A DNA stretch of 64,000 nucleotides from assembly GCA_028023455.1 (NCBI GenBank), contig JAQFVV010000011.1, forward strand, positions 5,084,001 through 5,148,000. The letters are read 5' to 3'. The notes beneath the pieces were generated by a model. The model did not search any database. It was not told the origin of the DNA and saw only the letters and a list, made by a program, of their open reading frames with translations. Position numbers and translations under genes: made by a program. Positions within the stretch are counted from its first letter, which is position 1, and each line of letters begins with the position of its first letter. The DNA comes from Epiperipatus broadwayi (taxonomy: Eukaryota; Animalia; Onychophora). Below are positions 12,296 to 25,033 of this stretch, in pieces.

Positions 12296-15200
12296 CATCT
12301 GAAGTGCTTAGATAAGATTAAAGGATATAAAAAGTGTTTGTGTAGATCATGTATAAATGTGATTAAAAAAGTGAAAAAATGGTTTTGAACATAAATAATT
12401 TAAAGAGAAGGTCAGGAGAAATGAAGGAAAATGTAGATAAGGAAGATAGAATAGTGTATATATTTAGTAGAGTGACAAGAGATGTTAACAAAATAAATAG
12501 TGCAATGGGGATAGGTATACAAAGAATAAATAAGATAGAGGAAAAGGTGAAGGATGTAGAAATAAAATTAAAAGCTTTAGATATGAAGTGTGAGCAGATC
12601 AAGGAATTAATTAATAGAAACAATAAGCAAGAAAGAAATAAGAAAGTTCAGAAGGTTGAAGAGAATGTTGCAGATGGATAAGGGAATGTAAATCTGAGAC
12701 AATCTTGATAGGGGACTCACCAATTCAAGGAAGTAGAGATGTAATTACAAGAGAAAATAGAAATAGGTATATAAGAGTGTTTGCCTGGAGCTAGAATTAG
12801 GGATGTTACAGATAAGGTAAACAAACAGGGGAGTAGCAATGTTCTTGTTATGGTAGGGAAAAATAATTTATCAGAGCCATCAGAGAGAGTAATGGATGAA
12901 TATATAAAGAATTGATTTGTAGTTTGAATAAACTTAAAGGAAGAGTAGGAGTGGTAGGATTGCTACCAAGATTCGACAATAGGTATATGTTAGATAGGGC
13001 ATGTTGTCTAAATGTGAGATTGTAAAAATTGTGTGACAGAAATAATGTTATGTTTGTGGATGTGTGGAATTTTTTTATTAGTAAGAGGGAGTTATACAGT
13101 AAAGATAGATTGCATTTAGCAAAATAAGAAAGTGGAGTACTAAGAGATTTGATTTATGAAAAATATTATTGTTCGGGAAACTTATAAAGGGGGGATACAG
13201 TTTTAAATTATAGTATTATCAAAAAGAAAGTTAAGAATGGATGGGATGTAAGAAGTAAACAAAAGGTAGCTGATCCAGATATAAATATAGATGTGGAGAG
13301 GGAATGAGTCTTTAAAACTAGTGGTAAACAAACAAATTACAAATATAATAGAGAAGAAAAAGTCAAAAGAATTTATAAAAGGGTAGTAAGAAAGGAAGAA
13401 ATTTGTTAAAATTGGATATTTGAACATGAAAGGTAGTAGGAGACCAGAAAAGTGATTGGAATTAAATGAAGTGCTCGACATATTAGCAATAGTGGAAACA
13501 CATCTAAAGAAGAACGAGTTTTATTTTATGGCAACTTGATGGTATAAAAAAGTGAAGAACCTACACTGGAAGACTTGGTGTGGCAGGATATAAAGAAAAG
13601 AAAAAAAAAGGGGGGTGGTATAGGAGTTATGTCAAAAAAATATTTGAATACTGTAGTGTCAAGAACATTTGTGATTTGATATAAGGTTAGGAAGACAAGA
13701 ATGCATGGTGGTTGTAGTGCATATGGCCACTGGAGATTGTCAAACTATAATGGAATGGAATAATAGCATATATGAATGCTTATTTAAGGATATACAGAGT
13801 TTCAAAAAAAAAGGAGAGGGAGGGGAAATAATGGATATAGGGGATATGAGTCCGCATATTGAAGAAATTGATGATTTCGATAATGAGAATGGACAGCTTT
13901 TGAAAACTTTTTGTCAGAGAGTGAAGTTGAGCACTGGAAATTTATCAAATATTTTATGAGGGGTAATACACATGGTTTAGAAATAATATATTTCACACAA
14001 TAGATTATGTATTAGTAGATAAAGAAGAAATGAATAAAATATGGAAAATTAAAGTGTTTGATAATGAAGAAAGAGTATGCAATAGTGATTATAATTTCTT
14101 TATAATAGAAATGGTTAGTAATGTCATGGAAAATAATAATTAAAGTAGAAAGGATAGTGAAAAACATGGATGAAGAGTGAATGATAAGTTAGAAAAATAT
14201 TAAATAAAAGTAAAAGAAATTATAGAAAAGTTTGTTGGGATAAATATAAGGACTGGTGCGCTGAAGTACAAAAAGTGGCAAGTAGAGTTTTAGGGTAGAA
14301 TATTTAGAAGAATAAAAGTAGTAGAGAGGTGAAAATTAGTAAAAGTATAAAAGAGAGAGAAAAAGTATATAGAGAATATAAATGTGCTATTAAAAACAAA
14401 GTGAAAAAGATGTTAATGTTAAATGGGAAAAGTACTTAGAAAAAAGAAGTTGGCTAAAATAGATAATTATAGAGAGAGAATGAAATCAAATAGTAAATTG
14501 TTGGAGGATATTAATAAAAGTGAAAGAGATGGGAGTCAAAAATTTTGGAAATATATTAAAAGAAGGAATATTGGGGAGAGAGAAATAGTATTAGTAAATG
14601 AAAAAGATAAAGAGTGTAACTCTAGAGAAGGATTAGAGACAATCTTAAATAAATACAATGGATATAGAAAAGATGTTAGATGTGAAGGACAGTGATAACA
14701 AACATAAGAGCACATAATAATGGAAATATTAGTTTTACAGAAAATGAATTGAATGAGGTAGGGAAAAAAGTGAAAATGTAAAAATTTTAGATAAGATGGC
14801 ACAGAAGAGAGAATTTCCCAGATAGCTGGAATAATACAAGAGTAAGATTATTATTTAAAGAAAAGGATAAGGCAGAAAGTTAAACAAGTATGGACTAGTA
14901 GCGATAATGTCAGTATTATATAAAGTTTTTGCATATATGGTTGCTGGAAGGGTAGCAAAATGGATGGAAGAAAATAATATAGTAGGAGAAATGCAAGAAG
15001 GTTTTAGAATAGATAGGCATATAGGAGATAGTTTATTTGTAGTTACACAACTTGTAGATATGATTAGGAATAAATATAGGCAGTTAAATATGGTCTTTAT
15101 AGATATAGAGAAGGCATATGATAGATTAAATAGAAATAGATTATGGATAAGCTTAGTAAATTTGGGAATGAATGGAACTTTAGTGGATCTTATTTAGAGA

Positions 15201-16705
15201 TTATATGAAAATAATTACTATATGTCTCAATTAGGAAATATAGAATCAGTTAGAGTTAAAAATGGTGTGGGGCTAAGGCAAGGTTGCCCTAGGCCATCTG
15301 TTTTGTTTTTGGTATATTTGAGAGAAATGAAGAGAGCAATAGAAAGACTAGGAGGGGGGGGATAGAGATTTCATTAATAGATGGCAAGAGAGTATATATA
15401 TTATCAAGTCTTTTAGTTGCTGATGATATCTTCTTGTGCACAGAAAGTAGGGAAGATATGGAAGTTATGCTGATTTGCACATGGGTGGGTAAAGAGATGG
15501 GGTTTAAATTTTAATGATAAAAATCAAAAATAATTGAAATAAATGCTGGGGAAAGAGAAAGAATTTTTATTGGGAAATATAAAGATAAATATGGTGAATA
15601 GGTATCACTATTTGGGAATTGTCTTAAGTTATCAGAGGAATTGCTTGGATGAATGGGAGAAAAAATTGATAGTTGGAGCAAAGAAAATAAAGAGACTGAT
15701 AAAGATATTAACAGTGTTTTCATATAATAAATATGATGTAGCAAGAATAGTATGGGAGTGGCAGTAACAGGGTTAACTTATGGTAATGATACATTAAGTG
15801 TTAGTAAAGAGATGTTAGATTTCTTAGCAAAAGTACAAAGAGAAGTAGGAAGACATGCATTAGATGCAGATGTGTCGATGGCAAAGGAGGCAATTCAAGG
15901 AGAAATGGCATAGTCAAGTTTTTATATGAGAGATGCAAAAAAGCAAAATGAAAATATTTGGTAGATTGCAATATATGGATAGTAAGAAAATCACCAAAAC
16001 AGTATTCAATTCAGTTACATGTAAAGGACAGGCAACAAGATGGGTGAGAAAGGTAGTATGGTATGCAGAAGATTTGGATAAAAACTTTTATGTCAGTATA
16101 TTTGTAAAAAGGTAGGATTATTGTGTTAGGAGGATTGTTGAGTGTTATAGTTGCAAAGAATAGATGCATTAATAAAAAAAAATAGGGGGTTGGAGAAATG
16201 GAAAACTAGTATGGAGAGTAAAAAGAGTCTAAATATATATAGAAGTAAATCGAATATTGGGTGTGAGTTAATGTACGATAATAGCAAGAAAAATAGTTTA
16301 CTGTTTAAGACTTGAACAGGATCGTTAGCAACAAGGGAATATACACATAAATGGAGAAATATGGGTGATTTAGTCTGCAAGTTATATAAGAAAGGCATGG
16401 AAAACATTAGGCATTTGCTAATGCTAATTGAATGTGTGGGAGAATAAGTATAAATAAAGTGATTATACAGAAAGTGGATTCTTGGTTTTTATGCTGGGTT
16501 TGGGAAAAGATAAGAAGGATCTAGATATAAAGGCCATAGAGTAGACAAAGATGATGTTGTGGAAATTGGATGGAGTAGGGTAGAGAAGATTATGGGGAAA
16601 ACTTAGGATGGGAAATGGAATGGGAAAGTAATCTGGCTAGCAGGTTTCTCTGGATATGGTGACTAAGAGATTCCTGAGTTCGATAAAGGAGTAGCCATAT
16701 CACAT
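12296..16705 (+). mobile_element. Near-full-length decayed LINE (ORF1 coiled-coil plus SGNH-esterase-like; ORF2 APE-RT)
   Basis: Coiled-coil ORF 12379-12681; LIGDS / LPGARIRDV / GLLPR / DRLHL motifs (frameshifted); APE motifs IGYLNM, VETHL, GGGIG, ENGQLL, IDYVL; RT motifs FIDIEKAYD, GLRQGCP, ADDI. Same 5' end (catctgaagtgctt) as the copy at 51435. Confidence 0.92.
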
Positions 16706-17048
16706 CATTTTTAATCAGTTATTTATTTCTTTATTTTTTAATTAAAATAGGTTAAACTATGGCTAAATAAAATACTCAATATTTATGATATCATTAAAAT
16801 GTGTTTTTTTATTTATTTATAATTTCTGCTTACTTACAAATTAGTCTGTTAGAAAGTGCATTTGTTCACTTCAAAAAATCTTTCTTGGCTAAGGCACCAA
16901 TGAGTGCTCCCTACAATGAATAAACAAAAAAAAAAACATTTCCAAAATAACTATCTATTAAGATTTGTTAGTACATAAAATGAAGTATTTTTTGTTTTAC
17001 TTTAAGGCTAAAACTTTTCTAAATATATCACCTTTTTTTTTTTTCCAG

Positions 17049-17178
17049 AAAGTATACAGTTACATCTTTGCATGGAAAAAAACCAGTCATTATCTTCTGT
17101 CATCTAACTGGATTGCAGTTGTACTGGCGATCCTTACTTTTTTCATATCCCTTTCTAGGATATTTGCTTTATATAAAG
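17049..17178 (+). CDS. ALG9: ALG9 exon
   Basis: ttccag/gtaac boundaries, phase 0/1. KVYSYIFAWKKTSHYLLSSNWIAVVLAILTFFISLSRIFALYK, a transmembrane helix followed by SR..AL. Confidence 0.93.
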
Positions 17179-17449
17179 GTAACACTTATTTTTAACATCA
17201 AATTTTTGTGTGTTTACGGAATGTTTTTTTAATTTGATTTAAAATGTTCTTTTAACCAATAAATATGTTTAATATAATTCTTTCATTTTTTTTTTTTTTG
17301 AGTTGAATTCTGCTAAAAACTTTATTAATGCTATTTTTCTTTCATGTCACATCGGTTTTTTTTTTAGCCTTGCAATTTACTACCAATGTTTATTTTTTTT
17401 ATAGTTTTATTTATTTATATGGGTGTGATCTTTTTTATTCTGTATATAT

Positions 17450-19800
17450 ATATTGTAACGAACACAGACGTTCGTTACATTGTTGTTTTTTTTTTATTTA
17501 TTAAACATGAAAGTAAATTAAAAAGTTCGCATTTAAAAAATTTCTTTAAGAATTAAAAATTGAAATTAAATATCATCTTAAACTCTTATATATTAAATCG
17601 CACAGATAATGAAAAATTATTAAAATAAAACTTTATTAAAGAAAAAGTATTTTAAAACTAAATTTTAAAAAGATTTGGAGATAAAATTATATCTTTAAAT
17701 TTATCTTTAAATATATTTTTGATTTGGAAAACAGGGTAATTAATCAGAAATGGAAATGATAAATTTAATTAGTTAAATGTAAACCAGCCTTGGGCATTTA
17801 AATGTAAAAACACTAGTCAGATAGGAAAACAATAGAAACTGTTAGCAAATAAGAAGAAATCCCTATGGAATCGGACCGCAGCGAAAGGACCATCGCATCG
17901 GTGACGTAATGTAAATTCAATCCTTCACATGAATATAAAAAGGACAAGTTTGGAAATTATTAGGGAGTGAGTTATTATGATTATTACGATGTGACAGATA
18001 GATGTTAGTGCGGAGGTGTGAGAGAAGAGATTGAAGGACGCACGTTCAATCCCTTCAGTTTTGCTAGTAAAGAAAGAGAAATGAACTATCGTTTCCTACA
18101 TTGAGGACCAATTGAACTAAAAAACCTTCGAATGAATAAATAAAACAACGGCTAAATGGATACCAATCTTAGGACGGCGTGGGAATTCACGTTCATGGCA
18201 AGCAACGGATAAAGTTGGACGTTTTAAAAATCGTAAGAACTTATATATTTGAAACAATAAGAACTCTAAATTTTAAAATTTTTATTTAAATATTGCAATA
18301 GTATCCTATCTGACCAACTTAATTTTCATTAATAATGTTATTTGATGTATTTGTTATTTATTTATTTAAAATCATTTCCATTTATTTAATTTTGTTCTTT
18401 AAGTTTTTTTAGGATTTCTGTTTTCCGTTAAGTTAAATTATATAAATGTTAAACTTAAGTCGGGCGTGAATGGCTGTATAGATTTGTAAAGTTATATTAG
18501 GGGAGGGTAATCTTAGGTTATTTGTTTCGTGGTTAAATTGGGTCAATGGATTGGATATATTGGTGTGATTAGTAGATGTAATATTGATTCGCTACGGGCA
18601 GAATCGCTTCATACGCCGCACACTTCCGTTTGCCTATGGAAGGAATTATAAGTCGGATACCGCAGTTCCTTTCTATGGAGTTTTTTTGTTTTATTGCTCT
18701 TCTTTGCAGATAGATGTAATATTCCTATCTCATAAGAGGCAATTTCTTCTCTTAACCTTTTGTGCTGCCGTATTTTATTACATTGAATACATCGATATAT
18801 CAGATGAATTGATGCCAGTTTGACTACGAATTTTAGCCTAAGGTTAAATAGGGTTAGAATGTTTATTTGCAAAAGCAAATTTATGTGGTCTATTCATGCT
18901 CGACCCTAAATAAAAATGCATTAAATTTAAGTTGTTTATAGACGCTTGCATGGATTGTTTATTGGTTAACTATGTTTTGCGTTTCCATATTTGATCAAAA
19001 TATATAGACATTCGATAAATAATGATACCTTACGGTGAGTATCTAAAATGTATTTATTCGGATGTCTTTTAAGTTATTGGTGACAATGCAAGTATCTTAT
19101 GGTGAATACTATTGGGTTACGTATAAATTTCCCTCCGCAATTGTCAGTAATCAATAATTTTGTATTTTGATCGTTTATGTTTACTTTGAAATGTGTTTAA
19201 CCGTGTAATCTATGTAACCGATCTATAGCAACATATTAAAACAAGCTTTTATGATCCCATATGTGCGAACTTAATTAAAATGTAAAATTAGAATATAATA
19301 GTAATTAAATGTAAATTAAAGTCAAAAATCAAAGTTAAAAATTAGAAATTTTGAAATGTAAAACTAATACTAAAATAATTTTAAATCTTATATATATGTG
19401 CATAAATAAATGTTTGTATGTTAATTACTGGCAGTGGCTTATTTTATTTATTTTTTTAATGTTGAAATCTAATTAGATAAGATATGATATTATTTAATCT
19501 CTGCTATTCCACTGAGTTAGTGACATGGGCTAACGACCGGAACCAAAATATTTTAAAAAAAAAAATTTTTTTTTTTTTTGACTTACGTATCTGCCTACTT
19601 TATAAATTTTTCTAGGTTCAAATGCCTATATGGCGCCGCGTAGTGCAGTTTACGTTAAGTCGCCTTCTCCGGATCGTTACAATATATTGCTTTGCTTTCA
19701 TGCAATGTTAGAATTGCAGACTCGTAAGGAATAAATTATAAGATAATAATTTAATGGTTTGTTGCTCATAATAGTGTCCGAAATTTGAATATCGAAACTG
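17450..19800. other. CpG-enriched segment within an ALG9 intron
   Basis: Dense CpG clusters (e.g. 17870-17910, 18590-18665, 19630-19680) against a CpG-poor background. Confidence 0.55.
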
Positions 19801-20161
19801 ATAGATTGAATCCAGATTAGTCTGTTGTTTCCAGTGCTTAAATGTTTTATCATCTCCTGAATGAATAGATTAATTATATTTTATTTTCCACTATTCAACT
19901 TTTAAAATATCGTTTAGGATGATTGCATTACTTCAAGTAAAAAGGGTTTATAAAATTTACATTAAAACAAATGGTGTACTATAATTTTAGTTAAGAATTA
20001 ATGGTTGTGGTGAATCCAGAAATACCAAGAGTAAACTGTTTGATGCCCTGCATAATGTAGTTTAGTGGTAGAGAAATGGAACTTTAGAAGAAAAGATTTC
20101 TGAATTGGAACTCAGCTTATCGCGTGAACTTTCTCAACGACTAATCATGATTATTTCTTAG

Positions 20162-20813
20162 AAAACCAATAAGACATCGCATAACCCAACTTACATAATG
20201 CTGTTCAGTAGCAAATTGTTGTTCTCTCACCATCCCATTATGCCATCCTATGTACGATTTAGTGATCAATAGTTCTGTATGGTTAGTGCTTAATAAATCC
20301 ATGGCCTATCCATTATCCCCAGATTTTCATCAGTGAGGAGCTTTTGGGATCTGGTAGCAATGCATCTGGATCTTTTTCATCTAATGCATTTTTCTTCCAG
20401 CAGTCTTTATTTTACTATTGAGCTACCAGCCCAAATGGAAATGCATGTTAATGTTTTTAATCTAAGCCAAAGGATATAAAGTGCCTATAATTATTAAAAG
20501 ACTATGGTCATTATAATATATAGGTACTGAATTGGTTTAGATCTATATGACTATGCAAGCAAATTGGCTTAGATTGAAAATATTAAGATGGTCACTAGGG
20601 AAAAGGTGCTTTAGATCCAAAAGATTCGACTGCACTGCTCCCAGATCCAAAAGCTCCTCACTGATGAGGGCCATAAGCTAGAAACTAATCTGAAAATATT
20701 GAATAGTATAGTACTAGATAGGATTTATTAAGTACTACCATATGACATCTATAGATGAATAAAGCTTAAACTAAGCAGCATAATTGTGGTAAGAGAAAAA
20801 GAATTTGCTACTA
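20162..20813. mobile_element. Diverged family-1 fold-back element with HHR
   Basis: Tail aaaccaataagacatcgcat; arms tagcaaatt...aatttgcta; cagatccaaaagctcctcactgatga present in both orientations; duplication attatttc(t/g)tag at 20150-20161 and 20814-20825. Confidence 0.75.
20656..20692 (+). ncRNA. Minimal hammerhead ribozyme motif (slightly decayed)
   Basis: CCTCA-CTGATGA-GGGCCATAAGCTA-GAAA-CTAATC-TG; the stem III G of GTC appears as A. Confidence 0.55.
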
Positions 20814-22469
20814 ATTATTTCGTAGCTGTTTTGTTAATTTTTTTCTTTGCACAATTTTGCTGTATTTATTTAAAGTACCATTTTAAAATAATGTACTCAT
20901 AAGGATATAAAAAGTTATCATCACAAGGAATGGAACCTAATATGAGAAATATAAAATCAATTACCAAAAAAAAATAAACAAGTATTGCTATAACTAATGT
21001 TAGTTAGTTAATTACTTCTTACATGGTGAAAGGAATGCAGTATATTTTTAAAAGGTTAATTTATAAATTATTCCAAAATGTATAGTTGTGAAATGACTTG
21101 TAAATACTTCGTAAAACTTATATAAATATTACTGGTGCACTCAAGTCTATTTCTTTACAATAGTTTCCTATTCTTTACCATAAATTGGAAGGGTAGTTGC
21201 TTCACAGAAAAAGTATAAAAAGCTGTTAAGCAGATTAGATTTGCCGATTACTCAGGATATAGTTTCACTACCTAAGATTTAACTCAAATCAAGATCCTCT
21301 TTTTGAATGTTCAATCAAGAATCTATAATCGAAGAATTATGCCATAAAAAATAGAATTCTTTTGAGATTCCAAACAGTTTTTTTTTACCAGATCCAATAA
21401 TAAAGGCGATGAATTTGAACTTTCTAAACATATCTGGAGTTTCATCAACAATCCATGATCATTGTACTCATCTGCTTCATAAATGGAATTTTTTAGTCAT
21501 TGATCTATGCAGATGGAAACAAATACAAACCATAAACCAAATAATTAATGGCTGATGAATCTATGGTTACAATGGCTGAATTGAAGATATTAATCAAACC
21601 ATTATTAATCTACCTCCTGGTTGGAATCTGTGGGATTCTTTGTGGTATTTTGTCATTAATTAGAAATATAAACAAATTGTTGATATTTATTCATGGCACT
21701 AATACTTTGAGACAAGAGGCGAGAGCACTAACTTGAGAGACTAATGGTTTTCAATTGAAGAAAGACGATAAAAATAATTTCAGACTGTTTAATTGAATGG
21801 ATTTCTTGGGAATTATTAAAGAATTATTTTCTTTGTGAATCAGTGATTTTTTTTTTTAAGAATCTATAAACAAAATTTTTAAAATAAATATAAATTTGTT
21901 GATATCATAACTGATAGACATACCAATTTTGCAGGGGGGAAAGGAGCATTTGATTTGTATTAAATAAGTTAACCTAGATTCAAAAATTATTTTCATCCAT
22001 CACATGATTTGTGAAGAAATACTACATGAAATGAAAATTTGATCAAATTGTTAAAATAACTATACACATTCTCATTACTTACATCAGATATGGAACTCTA
22101 GTAAATATTTTAAATAAACTTTATGATTTGTTTAATGAAATTATTAATTTTTAAATATAAAAAAAAAAAATTGATGGTTTCCAGAATTAAAAACTGAATA
22201 TGGATAAATGATTTACATTATGATTACAGTAAATACTCTATCCATAATAGTAATTATGTATTGGACTATTTCCATCATCTAATAACAATTGCTAAACGTC
22301 TTTAATAAAATTCAAACTTTATTTAAACTTTTCAAATACATTTAGTTGTTGGTAATAGCACACAGATAAGTATAGAGCACAATACTTTGAATGATATTAG
22401 TCTCCTTTTCTTTTTAGGGGATACTGGCCTGGCCGGTGACAGTACTATTATGGGAATTAAATCTAGATT

Positions 22470-22545
22470 TTTAGATTCATGAATATAGAATCTAAGATAA
22501 CACTCTAACCAAATCTTTAGATTCATGAATATAGAATCTAAGATA
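22470..22545. repeat. 30-bp direct repeat of a small hairpin
   Basis: tttagattcatgaatatagaatctaagata twice, about 15 bp apart. Confidence 0.85.
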
Positions 22546-24027
22546 TTGCTGTAACGAGTTAGGCTAGTCTGCCAGAGGCAACAGTCAGTAGAAATTTTGA
22601 AGGTCCTCCTAATTGCTCTCTATGACTTATGGGATTATTTGCCATTGTAATGCGAGTTTTTTAAAATTTTATTTTTTGTACTTCGTCACTGTCCAATATT
22701 TTTATCTTTTCCTTTATTAAAACCATTTCCGTCTCATTTTTACTCATGCATATATTCATATTATTAGTGATTATTATTGCCAATTTATAAAGATCTTGTT
22801 CATCAAAATACATGTTAGGAACCATAACATATTTTTTACAATATCGGCAACTATGTGTTTGAATGTTTAATGGGAATAAATGTATGGCACCACATATATA
22901 TATTTGTTTGTAACAAAATTGTTCATCAAACTGTATTCAAATATAATGAAAGAATAACTAGTGACCCATAGCAATACACGAAGAAAACCAATACCTACCT
23001 TATCATTATATATATAACATGATGATGACCTAAGTATTCAAATAGAAATGGATATTTGGACATTAATTTGCTTTAATCTTTTAAAAAATAGAAACACAAA
23101 TACTGAAGACCAGTAATAATATACAGTCCATGTAAGTCAAACTAATTGCATTGATAACGGCAAGAAAGAAGTGATTATACACGATTAGAGAAATGATAGT
23201 ACAGATTTACCATTAGTTGTGTTGAAAACTTCAAATTTTTTTATCTTCCTGATAAATGAATACAAAATGCATTAAATCTTATTTTGCAAAAAAAAAAAAA
23301 AAACATAGTGAAATGGATTTTTTTTTTTTTAGTTTCATGATGTCATATAAAAGGTTTGTTTTATTAGCTTTGATCCAGTAGTGAAATGTAAGCATATGGA
23401 ATGGAATTGCTAAAGAATAAGATACTAAAATTACTACAGATAGTAAAGGGCTAGCTTTAATAATAAGGAAACTATATATCACAACTCATATAAAGGTTTG
23501 CAAGCAATCTTCCAGCAACACAACTATTTATATATATCTAAGTGCTATAAAAACACTTGTCACTTTATCCTGAACACACGGTATATAGGATAACACTATC
23601 CATAATAATCTTTAAAAAATAAAATTAAAGATTACTACTGGTAAACATCACATGACTGCTACATACTGTTGCTAAAAAAATTGCTCGGATCATCATGTTG
23701 TAGTCTTCAAATACAAATACTGACTGTATCATTTAAGGTAGCAATATTGTGGAGAAAATATAGTAGACTTTTTTTCTGACTTTGTGTAAGTGTAAGATTA
23801 ACTAGCATTTAAGGTTATAAATCTTGAAAGGTTTTTAATTAAATATTATTAGGCATATTAACATATATTAATAAAAAAAATTTCAATTATGATTTCATAA
23901 AAATTTTTCGTTACAAAGTCAAGCTGACAATAGATGGTTCTGCGGTTGGGTGAAGAAAACTGCTCTTTGAAGTATACGAGAAAGACGTGATATTGTCTCA
24001 CATTATCATTTTTTTATTTTTCCACAG

Positions 24028-24178
24028 GTTATCATGCTCCTCTCGATGTATTTATGGAATTGAATAAAATAGCTGAAGACCCCACATTGCACACTTTACC
24101 TTCTGATAAACATATAAATGTTTGTATGGGTAAAGAATGGTATCGTTTTCCGAGTAACTTTTTCCTTCCAGCTAACAA
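24028..24178 (+). CDS. ALG9: ALG9 exon
   Basis: ccacag/gtaagt boundaries, phase 1/2. (G)YHAPLDVFMELNKIAEDPTLHTLPSDKHINVCMGKEWYRFPSNFFLPAN contains the diagnostic NVC.GKEWYRFPS.F.LP. Confidence 0.97.
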
Positions 24179-25033
24179 GTAAGTATATCATGATATATAT
24201 ATATTGGGGATGAAAATTTTAGGAAGTGTGAGTCTGAAAAATAATGCATGTAATCAGGTTATGAATTTTGTAACTAGTCTCCAGTGACCAAATTTTACAG
24301 TAGAGTTACCCATTCTTTTGCAGCTTTTGTCTGCAATTCAGGTTTTCTCCAAGAGTAATAAAGATCACAAATGTTGAATAATTTCATTTTAATTATAATA
24401 AATGTAATTGACATATATTCAATCCTGGTGATACTGATAATACTAATCAAATGATCTATAAGCTTAGAATGGTCATAATGTTCAAGAATTCTAAGTGATA
24501 TATCGAGCTCCGGTGGGGAATTAGATTGTACTACTATCTGGTAATTATTGTAACTCAGGCTTATGATAGATGGCAATAGAATGCAGAAAGAAGATGCACC
24601 CTTGTTGATACAATAAAATTCAAAGCCAAGTGATGCGGTGGTATTAATATTATTAGCCAGGAGGGGAAAAATGCTTACTGTTAGCGTCATCTACTAATAT
24701 ATATTATTTTAATATCATTTACATTCATTCTTTATTACTTTTACAATGCTTCATGGTATTACAACCCACTATTGACAGTTTCGATTGCTTCAGCAATTTT
24801 CTACTTATATTTTCAAATCTTAATTGCTAACTATGCAAACTAAGCTTGATAGTAAAAAGAAATTAAACGCAGCTGCTAAATGCATAATTAATTGTATTGG
24901 TTCTAGCTTTGAATCCAAAGTTCTCATTGATAAAAATAAAAAAATCAGAAATCATATCTTTTTATCTCTTCAAAGTCATAATAAGATGATTTCACTGCAT
25001 TACTCAGATTAATACTGTAGTAATAACCTATAA

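Noticed and set aside
18603-18610. U2 snRNA-like ATCGCTTC
   Set aside because: Only 8 nt match; the downstream sequence does not follow U2.
21551-21580. CTGATGA motif
   Set aside because: No stem II or GAAA follows.
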